Positions 46,066 to 55,456 of a DNA stretch of 64,000 nt are shown piece by piece. The translations under genes and the position numbers were made by a program. The notes under the pieces were generated by a model that was not told where the DNA came from, did no database searches, and worked only from the letters and a program-made list of their open reading frames with translations. Where the stretch lies: positions 192,001 through 256,000 of the forward strand of contig JAKFBU010000026.1 of the NCBI GenBank assembly GCA_036676985.1, in the 5' to 3' direction. The DNA comes from Candidatus Sericytochromatia bacterium. GTDB lineage: Bacteria; Cyanobacteriota; Sericytochromatia; S15B-MN24; UBA4093. Position 1 is the stretch's first letter; each line of letters starts with the position of its first letter.

Positions 46066-48648
46066 CTAGATCCAGGAGCTGAACCAGATGTGCATCCGGT
46101 AGAAGGCCTCGGGAATGGGCAAGCCGGACACGAGGGGGTAGAAGAAGGCGAACAGACCGGCCACCAGGAGCACGTAGGTCGAAGCCACGGGCTCCCAGTC
46201 CTCGTCGTGCCAGAGGCGATCGAGGAAGTAGGCCACCGACAGCACCGCGAAGGGGATGGTCTCGAACATGTAGTGCATGAAGACCAGGGGACGCGGCTGA
46301 ATGGCCCACATGAGGTACATGCCGAGCCCCATGACGACCGCGAAGACGCCCGGCCAGAGCTTCTTGCGCCAGGCAACGACGGTCATGGCCAAGAGCGCCG
46401 GGATGCTCGTCCACCAGATGGCCGGGTTGCCGATGGCGACGATGCCCGAGATGAGCCCGTTCTTCCAGTCGTGGTAGTAGTACCAGGTCGGCCGGATCAT
46501 GAGCGGCCACTGCCACCACGGCGAGGAGTAGCTGTGGCTGGCGTTGAGATTGGCATGGTACCCCCACATGTTCTTCTGCATCTGGAAGACCTCGCCCAGG
46601 TTGTGGCCCTGAGCCATGTAGGGGATGTAGCTCAACAGGTAGACCGCGAAGGGGAAGAGCACGAAGTAGCCGACCGCTCGCAGGGCGAGGAAGCCGATCT
46701 CCTTCGGCGTGCGGCGCGGCTGCTCCCAGAAGATCACGTAGAGGGCGACCAGCAGGCCCAGGAGGCCCCACGCGTACAGGCTCGTCCACCGGGTGGCCAG
46801 CGCTCCGCCCAGGGCGGTCGCCGCGAGCATGAGCATGGTCTCCTTGCGGGTCTTGAAGAACTCCCAGACGAACAGGCAGCTCAACAGCAGGAAGAAGACC
46901 ACGTAGATGTTGGTCATGGCCACGCGGCTCTGGACGAAGAACACGCCGTCGCACGCGAGCATGAGCGTGGCGAGCCACGCGACCCGCCGCCGCTCGAACA
47001 TGCGGCGCACCAGGAGGTAGAAGACGACGAGCGTCAACGCCCCGAACACGAGGCTCATGAAGCGCCAGCCGAAGCCGTTCATGCCGAAGAGGGCGACGCC
47101 CACCGCGATGATCAGCTTGGCCAGGGGCGGGTGCGTCCACTCGTAGGGGTTGATGCCTCTGAGGTACTCCTCGGCCGTGCGGGCGTGGTAGACCTCGTCG
47201 AAGATCTGCTCGGCGGGCAAGCCCAGCCGGTACATGCCGACCGCGAGGAAGGCGCCCGCGATGCCGATCATCCACCGCCAGTCGCGCTGGTCCCACGGAT
47301 CGGTCGTGGGCTCGGTCTGGAGCTTTTCACCCAGCAGCGCCTGGCGGAGGCTCATGTTGGGCCGCTTCATGGTCTCGGAGCGGCGCCCGAAGGTGTAGCC
47401 GATGAGGTCCCCGAAGAACCACATGTTGGCGAGCACGCAGCCCATGATGAGCGCCCAGCGCAGCTGCGAGGGGATCGCGTAGAAGAGGGCCTGGTTCGTG
47501 TAGTAGAGGTAGACGTACAGGACGTTGAGGGTCGCCGTCGTCGTGAAGCCCCACAGGTTGCTCGACAGGTAGCGGTTGGTGCTGCCCGCGAGCGTCAAGA
47601 AGGCGATCGCCGGGAAGATGTACCGCTCGTGCATGCGCGTCGGGAAGAGGAAGAAGCCGAGCAAGAGGATCGCGGCCGCGAGGAACAGGGGACCGACGCC
47701 CCCGTTGCGCTTGCGGTACATGAACACGCCCATCCATGCCGAGAGGATGGCCACGAAGGCGAGCCCCAGCGTGTGGTGCGGGATGCCGAAGATGCGCCGG
47801 GCGTCGGTGTACTGGTCGCCCCACATGAGGACGCCGTTGTCGAGGCTGGTGGGCGCCCAGATGTTGAAGGCGTTGATGGTGCTCGAGGTGTAGGTGCCCG
47901 CGGTGGCCGACATCTTCTGGTACAGGAACACGAAGGGATCGACGAGGCCGGGATGGAAGGGCACGGTGACGAGCCAGACCACGAGCACGCCCAGGGCCGT
48001 GGCGGCGGGCCACATCCACCAGGGCCGGCGGAACCACTGGGACAGGACGAAGAACGGGGCGAGGAAGATGCCCTGCGGCTTGAGCATGACGCCGCCGACG
48101 GCCATGGCCGCCGCGGTCAGGAAGCGATTCTGCAGGAGCAGGAAGGTGACGCCGAGCATCACGAGCGTGAGCAGGCTGTCGATCTGGCCCCAGATGCCGC
48201 TCACGAAGAGCACGAGCGGGTTGAAGGCGTAGGCGAGCGCTCCGTGGTACGCGCTGCGGATGGTCACGCGCCCCCGCAGCATCACGAAGATGAGGTAGCT
48301 CGAGGCGATGTCCGCGAGGATGCCCGGCAGCTTCAGGACGTTCCCGAGCCCGAAGCCGTGGCCGTAGTGCGCCCACGTCGGGTCGAAGAGGTGGTACAGC
48401 CACCCCAGCATCCCCAGGAGATAGAGGTAGCCGGGTGGGTAGTCGCAGAAGTAGTCGGGGGCGTAGAAGGCTCCCGGCCCGACCTCGACCATCCGGCGGC
48501 TCCAGGCCATGAAGGTGTCCATGTCCACCCAGAAGGCCACCGGGAAGGCGATGATGACCAGCCGCAGCACGAGGGCGGCGGCGAGTCCTGCCATGAGGCG
48601 CTGATGGTACTTCGTCAGGAGCGGCGAGCGCTGGAGTTCAGCAGACAT
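46066..48648 (-). CDS. Fused GT-C glycosyltransferase: GT87/ALG6-like N-half plus protein O-mannosyltransferase (GT39) C-half
   Basis: DYPPGY, WGQIDS, KPQ, RMHERY; then IFDEVYH, EWTHPPLAK, HSYSSPWWQWP, GNP, FMHY. Confidence 0.85.
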   Translation of the reverse strand: MSAELQRSPLLTKYHQRLMAGLAAALVLRLVIIAFPVAFWVDMDTFMAWSRRMVEVGPGAFYAPDYFCDYPPGYLYLLGMLGWLYHLFDPTWAHYGHGFGLGNVLKLPGILADIASSYLIFVMLRGRVTIRSAYHGALAYAFNPLVLFVSGIWGQIDSLLTLVMLGVTFLLLQNRFLTAAAMAVGGVMLKPQGIFLAPFFVLSQWFRRPWWMWPAATALGVLVVWLVTVPFHPGLVDPFVFLYQKMSATAGTYTSSTINAFNIWAPTSLDNGVLMWGDQYTDARRIFGIPHHTLGLAFVAILSAWMGVFMYRKRNGGVGPLFLAAAILLLGFFLFPTRMHERYIFPAIAFLTLAGSTNRYLSSNLWGFTTTATLNVLYVYLYYTNQALFYAIPSQLRWALIMGCVLANMWFFGDLIGYTFGRRSETMKRPNMSLRQALLGEKLQTEPTTDPWDQRDWRWMIGIAGAFLAVGMYRLGLPAEQIFDEVYHARTAEEYLRGINPYEWTHPPLAKLIIAVGVALFGMNGFGWRFMSLVFGALTLVVFYLLVRRMFERRRVAWLATLMLACDGVFFVQSRVAMTNIYVVFFLLLSCLFVWEFFKTRKETMLMLAATALGGALATRWTSLYAWGLLGLLVALYVIFWEQPRRTPKEIGFLALRAVGYFVLFPFAVYLLSYIPYMAQGHNLGEVFQMQKNMWGYHANLNASHSYSSPWWQWPLMIRPTWYYYHDWKNGLISGIVAIGNPAIWWTSIPALLAMTVVAWRKKLWPGVFAVVMGLGMYLMWAIQPRPLVFMHYMFETIPFAVLSVAYFLDRLWHDEDWEPVASTYVLLVAGLFAFFYPLVSGLPIPEAFYRMHIWFSSWI

Positions 48649-48691
48649 GCGCGTCAGTGTAGTCCATGTCGCGCCGGGTTTCAAGGAAGGC

Positions 48692-48772
48692 GAGAGCGTC
48701 TAACGAAACTGTTCCTTCAAGCCGCCGGATGGCGGCCACCCCTTCCCATGCCTGGTTTTGTTAGATGCTCTC
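48692..48772. mobile_element. 81-bp MITE-like element with 18-bp terminal inverted repeats
   Basis: GAGAGCGTCTAACGAAAC ... GTTTTGTTAGATGCTCTC (2 mismatches); no clear target duplication. Confidence 0.45.
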
Positions 48773-49139
48773 ACTGCGGGCTGGAGAGGTCCGGCCGGAG
48801 GCGAACGGCCTCGCGCAGGTAGACGTGGCGGATCTCGGCGGCGGCGCGCCGGGTGTAGGTGTGGACCATGACCCGGATGCACTGGGGCAGCGCGCCCGGC
48901 ACGCCGATCTCGCTCATGCAGAGGAGCGGCACGTGGTTCCAGCCCATCTCGCGGGCGGCCTCGGCTGGAAAGCATGCGTCCAGGTCCGGGGTCATGGTGA
49001 AGTTGGCGCTGATCAGGTCGTCCGGCTCGAGGCCGTTGCCCGCGATCAGGTGCTCCAGGAGCTCGCGGGTCGCCGCGAGGATCGCGTCCCGCGCGTTCTC
49101 GGTGACGGTGATGGCCCCGCGAATCGCCCGGACGCGCAT
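48771..49139 (-). CDS. aroH: Chorismate mutase, AroH class
   Basis: [37 protein letters not shown]. Confidence 0.95.
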   Translation of the reverse strand: MRVRAIRGAITVTENARDAILAATRELLEHLIAGNGLEPDDLISANFTMTPDLDACFPAEAAREMGWNHVPLLCMSEIGVPGALPQCIRVMVHTYTRRAAAEIRHVYLREAVRLRPDLSSPQ

Positions 49140-49140
49140 G

Positions 49141-49872
49141 CTACACCCCGATCGGTTGCTTGACCGCCGACTCCTGGGCGGCGATGAGGGAGCGAATGCC
49201 CTGGTCGGCCAGATCCAAGAGGCGATTGAGCATCTGGCGGTCGTAGGGCTCGCCTTCGGCGGTGCCCTGGACCTCGACGTACTTGCCCGAGCCGGTGGCG
49301 ACCACGTTCATGTCGGTCTCGGCCTGGGAGTCCTCGTCGTAGTTGAGGTCGAGGCGCGCCTCGCCGTCGATGACGCCCACCGAGATGGCGGCCAGGTGAT
49401 CGAGGCGCGGCATGCGCGGCAGGAGGCCTCGCGCGACGATGGCCTGCAGGGCGTCGTGCAGGGCGATCCAGGCGCCCGTGATGGCCGCGGTGCGGGTGCC
49501 GCCGTCGGCCTGGATCACGTCGCAGTCGATGGTGATCTGGCGTTCGCCAAGAGCCCCCAGGTCCACCACGCCGCGCAGGGATCGGCCGATGAGGCGCTGG
49601 ATCTCGTGGGTCCGGCCGCCCACCTTGCCCAGGCTCGACTCGCGGGCCGAGCGGGTGTGGGTCGAGCGGGGCAGCATGGCGTATTCGGCCGTGACCCAGC
49701 CGCGGCCCGAGCCCTTGAGAAAGGGGGGCACGCGCTCCTCCACGCTCGCGTTGCAGAGGACCTTGGTGTCGCCGAAGGAGATGAGCACCGAGCCCTCGGC
49801 ATGCTTGGTGAAGCCGCGCTGGATGGAGAGGGGGCGCATTTGGTCGGCGTTTCGACCGTCAGGGCGGGGCAT
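49141..49872 (-). CDS. rph: Ribonuclease PH
   Basis: [47 protein letters not shown]. Confidence 0.97.
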   Translation of the reverse strand: MPRPDGRNADQMRPLSIQRGFTKHAEGSVLISFGDTKVLCNASVEERVPPFLKGSGRGWVTAEYAMLPRSTHTRSARESSLGKVGGRTHEIQRLIGRSLRGVVDLGALGERQITIDCDVIQADGGTRTAAITGAWIALHDALQAIVARGLLPRMPRLDHLAAISVGVIDGEARLDLNYDEDSQAETDMNVVATGSGKYVEVQGTAEGEPYDRQMLNRLLDLADQGIRSLIAAQESAVKQPIGV

Positions 49873-50060
49873 GGGTTTCTCCTTAGGACGAGGGAACCTT
49901 CGCATGTTAGCAGCCGGAGCCCACTGGAGGCAAAGGCCCGGGGCATCCCTCGCCCGAGGCCCGCCGAAAGGGAGGAAACTGTTGGGTGAGTCGGGTCTTC
50001 GATGGGGGGCGGGGCAAACGTTATCGTGTCGGTGATTCCCACCCGCTTCGAGGAGTTGCT

Positions 50061-51113
50061 ATGCACATCGGCATGTTGGCCCCGATCTGGGAAACCATCC
50101 CCCCGCAAGGCTACGGGGGGATCGAGCGAGTAGTCGACTTGCTGACGCGCCAGCTGCTGGCCCGTGGCCACCAGGTGACCCTGTTCACCACCGGAGACTC
50201 CCGGAGCGAGGCCGAGTGCCTCTGGACCGAGCCTCAGGCCCTTCGAGTGCTGGGCTTCGACACCTGGAGCTGCCAGATGGCCGAGGCGCTCCACGTGAGC
50301 CATGCCATGCAGCAGCGCCACCGGTTCGACCTCATGCACAACCACATGGGCCCGCTCGGCGTGACCTTCGCCGCCGCCTGCGCGGCCCCGATGGTGACGA
50401 CGCTGCATGGGCCCATCGAGCCGTCGATCGAGCGCTACTTGCTGGACTACCCCGGCCATGCCTACGTCAGCATCAGCCACGCGCAGCAACAAGCAGCGCC
50501 CTGGCTGTCCTACGCCGCCAACATCTACAACGGCATCGAACCCGACGCGTTCGCCCTCGGCCAAAAGGCAGGCTACCTGCTCTTTCTCGGCCGCATCTCC
50601 CCCGAGAAGGGGACGCATCTCGCCATCGAGGCGGCGCTCGCCGCGGACCTGCCCCTCATCATCGCCGCCAAGGTCGATCCCTACGACCGGCCCTATTTCG
50701 AGGAGCGGATCCGCCCTAGCCTCGACGGAGAGCGGATCCGCTTTGTCGGAGAGGTGGACGGAAAAGACAAGGCGGACCTCCTGAGCGGGGCGATCGCCCT
50801 CCTGCACCTGGTCCAGTGGCCGGAGCCCTTCGGGCTCGCCATGGTCGAGGCCATGGCTTCCGGGACGCCGGTGATCGCCATGCCGCACGGTTCCATCCCC
50901 GAGGTCGTCGAGCCGGGCCTGACGGGCGTCATCGTCTCGACGGTGGCGGAGGCCGTGACGGCCATCGATCAGGTGAGTGACCTCGATCCCGCGAGCTGCC
51001 GGCGCCGGGCCATCGAGCGTTTCGGCGCAGCCGGCATGGCCGCGGCCTACGAGCGCGTCTACGAGGAGCTGCTCGCCGGGCAGCCCGGCCAGCTCCGGGA
51101 GCTCGAGGCATGA
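50061..51113 (+). CDS. Glycosyltransferase family 4
   Basis: PPQGYGGIE, LGRISPEKG, WPEPFGLAMVEAMASGTPV. Confidence 0.9.
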   Translation: MHIGMLAPIWETIPPQGYGGIERVVDLLTRQLLARGHQVTLFTTGDSRSEAECLWTEPQALRVLGFDTWSCQMAEALHVSHAMQQRHRFDLMHNHMGPLGVTFAAACAAPMVTTLHGPIEPSIERYLLDYPGHAYVSISHAQQQAAPWLSYAANIYNGIEPDAFALGQKAGYLLFLGRISPEKGTHLAIEAALAADLPLIIAAKVDPYDRPYFEERIRPSLDGERIRFVGEVDGKDKADLLSGAIALLHLVQWPEPFGLAMVEAMASGTPVIAMPHGSIPEVVEPGLTGVIVSTVAEAVTAIDQVSDLDPASCRRRAIERFGAAGMAAAYERVYEELLAGQPGQLRELEA

Positions 51114-53368
51114 ACGAGGAACCCGAGTTCCGCTCGTCCGAGGTCTACGAGGTCGAAGGGGAGATCCTCGAGATCGACCACGAGCTCACCGAGCTCATCC
51201 GCTCCGGACTGCCGGCCGTGGTCACGGGCTGCCGCCACGAGCCGCAGGTGCTCAAGCAGGGCCGCCACTTCATGGTCGCGGACCGGGACGGCGGCATCTA
51301 CGGGGGCTGCAAGTGCGGCATGGGCCTCTATCGAGAGGACACGCGCTTTCTGAGCGGCCTCGACTTTCGCCTCGAGGGCGAGTCGCCCACCCTGCTGTCG
51401 GGCTCGACCGAGCGCATCAACACGGGCCACATCGAGTACATGAACCCCTCTTTGGAGCTCGCGAACGGCACGCGCATCCGCCAGGAGACCGTCCAGATCT
51501 CGGTGGTCCGGGCGATCGCCGACACCTTTCGCGAGCAGATCCGGATCATCAACTTCAACGCCGAGGCCGTCACGCTGCGCTTGAGCCTCGCCTTCTACTC
51601 CGACTTCGCGGACATCTTCGAGGTCCGCGGCCTCCACCGGCAGGGCCACGGCATCTACTTCTACCCCAAGCTCACGGACGACAGCCTGACGTTGCGGTAT
51701 CAGGGCGGGGACGGCCTCTTGCGGCAGACCCGCGTGACCTTCGACCAGCGCCCCGTCGACATCGCCGCGACGCCCTACGAGCATGCCTCGGTCGGGGCCG
51801 TCGCCCACTGGGAGATCGCCGTGCCGCCCAACGGGGGGCAGGCCCTGCTTGAGTACCAGATCGAGACCATCGAGGGCAAGGCCGAGCCCAAGGGGGGCGG
51901 GCCCTTTTCCGTGTACCTCCAAGACGTCGGGCGGCTCATCGACCCGAGCGTCGACTTTCCGACCCGCATCCAGACGGACAACGCCGTCTTCAACCTCGTC
52001 TGGAACCGGAGCGTCCGGGACCTCGTGGCCCTCACGAGCCACTACCCGACGGGCCCGTTCGTCGCGGCCGGCATTCCCTGGTTCACGTGTCCCTTCGGCC
52101 GGGACGCCCTCACCACGGCGCTCCAGACCTTGATGCTCGGCCCCAAGATGGCCAAGGGTGTGCTGCGCTTCCTGGCGGCTCACCAGGGCAAGCAGGAGGA
52201 TCCCTTTCGGGACGAGCAGCCCGGCAAGATCCTGCACGAGCTGCGCTTCGGGGAGCTGGCGCGGCTCAAGGTCATCCCGCACACGCCTTACTACGGCACG
52301 GTCGACGCGACGCCCCTGTGGCTGATCCTTTTGAGTGAGACCTATCGCTGGACCGGAGACGCCGAGCTCGTCCACGAGCTGTGGGACAACGTCGAGGCGG
52401 CCCTCTTGTGGCTCGAGACCTACGGGGACATGGACGGCGACGGCTTCGTGGAGTACCACTGCCAGAGCCCCAAGGGCATCCGCAACCAGGGCTGGAAGGA
52501 CGCCTTCAACTCCGTGATCTTTCCGGACGGGACGCTCGGCGAGTCGCCCATCGCCCTCTCGGAGGTCCAGGGCTACGTCTACGACGCCAAGCTCCGGGCC
52601 GCCGAGCTGTGCCGGGTCGTCGGCCAGGAGCTCCTTGCCCGACGCCTCATCCGGGAGGCCGACGAGCTCAAGGAGGCCTACAACGAGACCTTCTGGTCGG
52701 AGGAGCTGGGCTTTTACGCCATGGCCCTCGACAAGCGGAAGCTGCCCGTCTGGACGCCGACCTCCAACCCCGGCTACGGCCTCTGGAGCGGCATCATCGA
52801 GCGGGAGCGCCAGGCGAGCGTCGTCGCCTGCATGATGAGCCCCGGGATGTTCAGCGGCTGGGGGATCCGGACGCTGTCGGCGGACAGTCCCGTCTACAAC
52901 CCCATCGGCTATCACAACGGGACCGTCTGGCCGCATGACAATTCCATCATCGCCAAGGGGATGGCCGACCGGGGCTTCAAGGACGAGGCCGTGCGGATCT
53001 TCGACGCCATGTTCGACGCCGCCGTGCGCTTTCCGTATTACCGCCTGCCGGAGCTGTTCTGCGGCTTCGGGCGCCAGGGAGAGCTGGACTCTCCGATTCC
53101 CTATCCGGTGGCCTGCTCGCCGCAGGCCTGGGCGGCGGCTACCCCCATCTGGCTGTTGCAGGCGGTCCTGGGGTTGCAGGCCGATGCCCCCCACCGGACG
53201 CTCAAGGTGGCCGTGCCGCGGCTGCCCGCGTGGCTCGGCAAGGTGACGATCACGGGGCTGCGCGTGGGGGACGCCACCATCGACCTGGAGTTCATGCAGA
53301 TCGACGGGACGACCACCACCCGGATCCGCAACAAGGTGGGGGATCTGACGGTCCTGATCGAGGGGTAA
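51110..53368 (+). CDS. Amylo-alpha-1,6-glucosidase (glycogen debranching enzyme family)
   Basis: AGIPWF..PFGRD, EQPGKILHELR, YYGTVDAT, NQGWKD, YHNGTVWPHDN, ACSPQAWA. Confidence 0.92.
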   Translation: MNEEPEFRSSEVYEVEGEILEIDHELTELIRSGLPAVVTGCRHEPQVLKQGRHFMVADRDGGIYGGCKCGMGLYREDTRFLSGLDFRLEGESPTLLSGSTERINTGHIEYMNPSLELANGTRIRQETVQISVVRAIADTFREQIRIINFNAEAVTLRLSLAFYSDFADIFEVRGLHRQGHGIYFYPKLTDDSLTLRYQGGDGLLRQTRVTFDQRPVDIAATPYEHASVGAVAHWEIAVPPNGGQALLEYQIETIEGKAEPKGGGPFSVYLQDVGRLIDPSVDFPTRIQTDNAVFNLVWNRSVRDLVALTSHYPTGPFVAAGIPWFTCPFGRDALTTALQTLMLGPKMAKGVLRFLAAHQGKQEDPFRDEQPGKILHELRFGELARLKVIPHTPYYGTVDATPLWLILLSETYRWTGDAELVHELWDNVEAALLWLETYGDMDGDGFVEYHCQSPKGIRNQGWKDAFNSVIFPDGTLGESPIALSEVQGYVYDAKLRAAELCRVVGQELLARRLIREADELKEAYNETFWSEELGFYAMALDKRKLPVWTPTSNPGYGLWSGIIERERQASVVACMMSPGMFSGWGIRTLSADSPVYNPIGYHNGTVWPHDNSIIAKGMADRGFKDEAVRIFDAMFDAAVRFPYYRLPELFCGFGRQGELDSPIPYPVACSPQAWAAATPIWLLQAVLGLQADAPHRTLKVAVPRLPAWLGKVTITGLRVGDATIDLEFMQIDGTTTTRIRNKVGDLTVLIEG

Positions 53369-53416
53369 TACGGCACGTCCCATGGGCGCCGTCCAAGGCG
53401 GTTGCCGGCCATGCCG

Positions 53417-53446
53417 TGGACCCCCGCTTTCGCGAGGGTGACGGGA
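53417..53446 (-). repeat. CGTC-tagged REP copy
   Basis: Reverse complement TCCCGTCACCCTCGCGAAAGCGGGGGTCCA. Confidence 0.85.
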
Positions 53447-53527
53447 GGGCCGACTTTGCGCTGACAGGTGCTTGAACTCAGGCCTGAATTGGTGCTTAAG
53501 GGGGCGTGGACTCGATGCCTGGATAGG

Positions 53528-53567
53528 CGCTCCCGTCATTCCCGCGAAAGCGGGAATCCAGCGTAGC
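53528..53567 (+). repeat. CGTC-tagged REP copy
   Basis: CGCTCCCGTCATTCCCGCGAAAGCGGGAATCCAGCGTAGC; flanks also match the GIY-YIG-flanking copy. Confidence 0.88.
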
Positions 53568-53604
53568 GACGTCAGCGGTTGCTGGCCGCAGGAAGGAACA
53601 AGTC

Positions 53605-54555
53605 CTAGATGATGAGCAGCTCGTAATCCCGCGAGCCCAGCTTGTGGCGCTCGCAGGTCTTGAGCAGGTGCTGCCAGTCCACCTCCGGGTGCAGGGAGCG
53701 GATCTTGTCCGGGGTCGAGAGGTCCGACAGGCGCGTGCCCGGGATCCCCGTCTGCATGTTGAGGAAGTCCGCCGTGGCCTGGTCGATGCCCACGGGATCC
53801 TTGGAGACGAGGAGCCCCACGTCGGGCAGGACCGCCGCGTCGCTCCAGCCTGCTCCGTCCGGGTCCGGCGTGATGTCCAGGAGCACGTTGCAGTACAGGA
53901 TCCGGCCCGGCTTGGCCGCATGCAGGGCCGTGAGGGCCTCGGCGATGGGCAGGGCGAGCTCTACGGGCTCGCTGGAAAGCTCGCCGGCGCCGACGCCCGC
54001 TGGGACGCGATCGCCGCTTTCGACCATGGCGAGCCGGGCCGCCCGGGTCATGGCCCCGAACCCCAGCTGGTACAGAGCGCCCGCGAAGCCCACGACCGGG
54101 TGCATGGTGACGTGGCTGACGACGATGAGCGTCCGGGCATGCGCCAACGCACTCGCGATGGGGGTGGCGAGGCCGCCGAGGGCCGTGCCGTCCTCGCCCG
54201 TCAGGCCGTCGGCGATGAGCACCGGCGCGCCCAGGGTCTCCGCGGTGAAGCCATGCTCGGCGGCGAGCGCCAGGTGCCCGAGTGCCTCGGTGCGCGACTC
54301 GGAGCGGCGGGCGTTGGTGTCCGTCACGAAGGGCCGGCCGCCCTGCGTTTTGACCTTGCGGACGACCCGGCGCACGATCTCCGGCCGGACATGGGTGGTG
54401 TTGCCCCGCTCGCCGAAGTGCGTCTTGATGGCCACCGGATCCCCCGGCTCCATCAGCTGGGCGAAGCCCGCCGCGTCGAGGAGCTGCTCGATCTTCTCCA
54501 TGAGGCCACCCCCACCGGTGGCGCGACGCTGGGCAAAGTAAACTTCGGCGGGCAT
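53605..54555 (-). CDS. DUF362 domain-containing protein
   Basis: VAIKTHFGERGN, PFVTDTN, IADGLTG, SKDPVGIDQA. Confidence 0.82.
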   Translation of the reverse strand: MPAEVYFAQRRATGGGGLMEKIEQLLDAAGFAQLMEPGDPVAIKTHFGERGNTTHVRPEIVRRVVRKVKTQGGRPFVTDTNARRSESRTEALGHLALAAEHGFTAETLGAPVLIADGLTGEDGTALGGLATPIASALAHARTLIVVSHVTMHPVVGFAGALYQLGFGAMTRAARLAMVESGDRVPAGVGAGELSSEPVELALPIAEALTALHAAKPGRILYCNVLLDITPDPDGAGWSDAAVLPDVGLLVSKDPVGIDQATADFLNMQTGIPGTRLSDLSTPDKIRSLHPEVDWQHLLKTCERHKLGSRDYELLII

Positions 54556-54637
54556 TTCGACCTCACGGCGGCAGGCGGAGCGTTACGGGGGCTTCATCAT
54601 GAAATCTTAACACAGGCAATCGAGCTTTGCCGACCAT

Positions 54638-54655
54638 TTGTGTATCGATACGCAA
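54638..54655. promoter_or_regulatory. Palindromic operator (LacI-like, central CG)
   Basis: TTGTGTATCGATACGCAA, one mismatch, 2 bp upstream of the -35 box. Confidence 0.5.
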
Positions 54656-54657
54656 TG

Positions 54658-54685
54658 TTGACAGGCGAAAAGCCCTTTCTATAAT
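54658..54685 (+). promoter_or_regulatory. Consensus sigma70 promoter of the TetR/beta-oxidation operon
   Basis: TTGACA-16 bp-TATAAT. Confidence 0.85.
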
Positions 54686-54686
54686 G

Positions 54687-54706
54687 GTTAGTGATCACTC
54701 ACTAGC
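54687..54706. promoter_or_regulatory. Probable TetR operator over the transcription start
   Basis: GTTAGTGA-TCAC-TCACTAGC palindrome immediately after -10. Confidence 0.7.
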
Positions 54707-54781
54707 GAACAAGGATCGTTCGCCCGTCGTGGTCGGACGAGTCCAGCTACTCATCGCGAAGAAGCGAGAGGAGGAGCCCAC

Positions 54782-55453
54782 ATGGCTGGGGACGCCCGGG
54801 AGCGTTTGACCGCCGAGGAGCGCAGGGCTCAGATCCTGCGTTGCGCGACCACGGTCTTCGCCCGTTCCAACTACCGGGTGGCCGGCATGGCGGAGATCGC
54901 CAAGGAGGCCGGCATCTCGGAGCCGACCGTCTACAAGCACTTCGTCAGCAAGAAGCAGCTCTTCCTCACCATCCTCGATCGGGTCGGCGACAGCACCCTG
55001 CGGCACTGGCAGGGCCTCGCCGAGGAGAGCCCGGATCCCTGGACGCTGCTGCGGCGGATCGGCCTCTCCCAGTACGAGATCGTGCTGGCGCGCCCCGACA
55101 CCCTCAAGCTCCAGTTCCAGGCCCTCTCGGAGGTCGAGGATCCCGAGATCAAGGAGACGCTGCGCCGCCACTTCGCGGCCTATGCGGACTTCCTGGCGGC
55201 CATCATCAAGCAGGGCAAGGCCAACGGCCAGTTCGCCGCAGACCTGGACGTCATGGCGGCCGCCTGGCAGCTCATTTCCATCGGCTTCACCCTCAACCTC
55301 ACGTCCCTCTTGGGCTTCGATCAGGAGCTCGGCCGGGAGACGCTCGAGGTCATGGGGGACAACCTCGTCGTCACCTTTGGGACGCCGCAGCGGGCGTCGT
55401 CCGAGGGCACCGGAGCGCGTCCGGGTGCCGCACCGAAAGAAAGGGTTCCGTAG
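54782..55453 (+). CDS. TetR/AcrR family transcriptional regulator
   Basis: EIAKEAGISEPTVYKHFVSKKQLF helix-turn-helix. Confidence 0.92.
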   Translation: MAGDARERLTAEERRAQILRCATTVFARSNYRVAGMAEIAKEAGISEPTVYKHFVSKKQLFLTILDRVGDSTLRHWQGLAEESPDPWTLLRRIGLSQYEIVLARPDTLKLQFQALSEVEDPEIKETLRRHFAAYADFLAAIIKQGKANGQFAADLDVMAAAWQLISIGFTLNLTSLLGFDQELGRETLEVMGDNLVVTFGTPQRASSEGTGARPGAAPKERVP

Positions 55454-55456
55454 ACC

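Noticed and set aside
49920-50040. c-di-GMP-I riboswitch (GGCAAA...GAAA)
   Set aside because: Lacks the GGCAAAC-stem-GAAA-stem-GGGACGCAAA arrangement
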